A DNA stretch of 35,808 bases, from positions 92,467,347-92,503,154 of the forward strand of contig NC_068981.1 of assembly GCF_001194135.2 (NCBI RefSeq), in the 5' to 3' direction. Source of the DNA: Octopus bimaculoides. Its lineage: Eukaryota. A program made the translations under genes and the position numbers. The notes under the pieces were generated by a model. It was not told the origin of the DNA, did no database searches, and saw nothing but the letters and a program-made list of their open reading frames with translations. Numbering within the stretch: position 1 is the first letter of the stretch; each line of letters begins with the position of its first letter. This document shows, piece after piece, positions 33,850 to 35,808 of this stretch.

Positions 33850-34259
33850 TCTATCCATAAAATACTTCTCCAACCTTACCTTTGCTCTCTTTATCTTTTT
33901 GTTTTTTATATATTTACATAAATGCATATATATATATACATACATTCATCCATACATACATAAATACTTACACATACATACATACATACATACATACATA
34001 CATACATACATACATAGAGGGTGCGATGCGTAAATAGTCACCATTTTATATTTTTTATTTCGCGCATACACATTAATTGTTTTTTTTTAAATATTTTTAT
34101 TGTTTTTATAAGTTTTCTTTATTTCTGTTACTGATTCTATTTCTGTTACGGAATTTATTTTTCTTTCTGTTATTGATTTATTCGCATTTATTTTTTCATT
34201 ATTACTAATTTTTAATTTTCTTTTTTTTAAATTTGTATGGTATTATTTATTTTTATTGC

Positions 34260-34795
34260 TTATAAACACACGACTCACGCACCACACACACTACACATAT
34301 GACACACTGACCCATGGGCACTCAGGCATTCAAACATACACAGGTACACACATTCCACACATACACACACGCGCGCGCGCGTGCACACACGCATACACAC
34401 ACTCACATACCCACACACGCACACGCACTACACCCTCCAAACACACACTCACACTGCTAAACCCACCTGTCTACACACCTCTCAGTATAGTTGCTAACCT
34501 CTCAAGGCGACTTTAACATACACACACACACTAATCCTACCACGCACACACATACACACATATGACTACGCACATACTCATAGTTGATACTACACATATT
34601 CACCACACACGCACACACAGTTACCACCGCACACACACACGCTACCACACGCACACACAGTTACCATGGCACATATACACGCTACCACAACACACACACA
34701 GTTACTACCGCCAACACTCTCACAGGCAGTTACTGTCACACACATACACGTTACCATACATACACAAGCAAACACACAAACACACACACATATAC
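34260..34795. repeat. Degenerate CA-rich tract containing a ~40-bp higher-order unit (34611-34712)
   Basis: gcacacacagttacca..gcaca.a.acacgctaccaca. repeated about 2.5 times. Confidence 0.9.
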
Positions 34796-34924
34796 TGACC
34801 ATTTTCACAGTCTCCTGTCCCAAAAAGCAATTTCTCTTCATTCCTTCTACTTCTGGTTACTTCAAAAATGTAAAGGTACGTGATTGTTGGCATTTTTTCT
34901 CCTCCTTCGTTGTTCCTGTTTTAC

Positions 34925-34961
34925 CTTTTTGCGAAGAAGAGCTATGCTCGAAACGTAAAAG
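34925..34961 (+). ncRNA. Minimal type I hammerhead, core degenerate
   Basis: CUUUUU gcGAAGA aGAGC uau GCUC GAAACGUA AAAG; stem II GAGC/GCUC, palindromic ACGU, stem I CUUU/AAAG; CU of the core mutated. Confidence 0.65.
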
Positions 34962-35595
34962 TATTACTCTTTTTCTTAGCTGAGCGGCCTATTTATACAT
35001 GCCTTGTACTTCGTCCACACGTTCGTTCGTTTTTCTTCTTTTTCTCTGTTTCTTAATTGATTATATATATATATATGAACTATACGCGTGTTTTGTGTTA
35101 TATTGTGTGTATATGTGCGCGCGTGTAAGTATGTGTGTGAGTGTCTTGTGCGTGAGCATTGTTTCATCGTATGAGTGAACACAGTAATGAATTCACAAAA
35201 CAATGCTACTACTTATGCATATCATCATCTGTTCTATGAAAGCGCATTCACGTGAGTGACATCCTCAGTGAGAATACATGCCACGTAACTCATATGTGAG
35301 AACGTTCTTCATGGCACATTTGAATGCTTCTGCAATATTACTTCCCATTCTTCTCTCCCATTTCATTTCATATCGACATTCTATCAAAATAGATGAGAAC
35401 AATTCAAAGTAAGAATATATATATATATATATTCTTTTCACTCCAGCCGCTGTGAAGGCAAGACGAACTACTAGCGTTCTACATCAGAATCGCGTTTGGC
35501 CCTACGGCTTTTTTATGTTGTTTTCACTGTCCAATTTTTCCTGTCTTGGTTTACGTTTGCCACCTTGGAATCCTCTGTTTAGTTGGTTGATCCAC

Positions 35596-35652
35596 TACTC
35601 AGGAAGAGACTATTCTAGAGTACGTCCTGCATTATCTTCGAAACGTCGAGTT
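35596..35652 (+). ncRNA. Degenerate hammerhead-like motif in a probable PLE tail
   Basis: CUcAGGA agag...aucuuC GAAACGUC gagu; GAAACGUC is the typical PLE-HHR 3' core, but G5 is mutated and stem I is ambiguous. Confidence 0.45.
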
Positions 35653-35808
35653 AGAATAGAGGCAGCTGATGAATAATTCCAAGTGGCTTTCTGTTTTCCT
35701 ATGTGTTCGTTCCGTTGTCTGTAGTTCATTGTTCTAACGTCCTGTACCCTGATATGCATCTATATACACATGTAGATGAAAGTATATACATATATGTGTG
35801 TATACATG

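Larger units (their letters stand above)
33245..33920. mobile_element. Head-to-head palindromic PLE-derived element, one hammerhead per arm
   Basis: Arms 33245-33569 and 33595-33920; hand alignment gives 12 mismatches + 1 indel (~96%); 25-nt spacer. Confidence 0.92.

Overview
AT-rich, gene-poor, repeat-dense animal scaffold segment with five N-gaps. The SINE families and microsatellite load look like Octopus (inference from repeat content). No intact protein-coding gene can be supported: almost every entry in the ORF track is a microsatellite, N-gap or transposon artefact. The window is a layered transposon graveyard: tRNA-derived SINEs, R4/Dong-type RLE LINE fragments next to (TAA)n, a Naiad-type Penelope-like element (PLE), and decayed Chapaev3-like, mariner, hAT and pogo-like DNA transposons. 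The most interesting signal is RNA-level. At least 7-8 minimal type I hammerhead ribozyme (HHR) motifs from several sequence families are present. They include (i) a candidate composite SINE of tRNA-like Pol III head + (TAA)n linker + HHR tail, preceded by an inverted copy of its own tail and hit in the linker by a Dong LINE (6861-7710), and (ii) a ~676-bp, ~96% identical head-to-head palindrome with one HHR in each arm (33245-33920). All structures were read by eye; no database search or folding computation was run.
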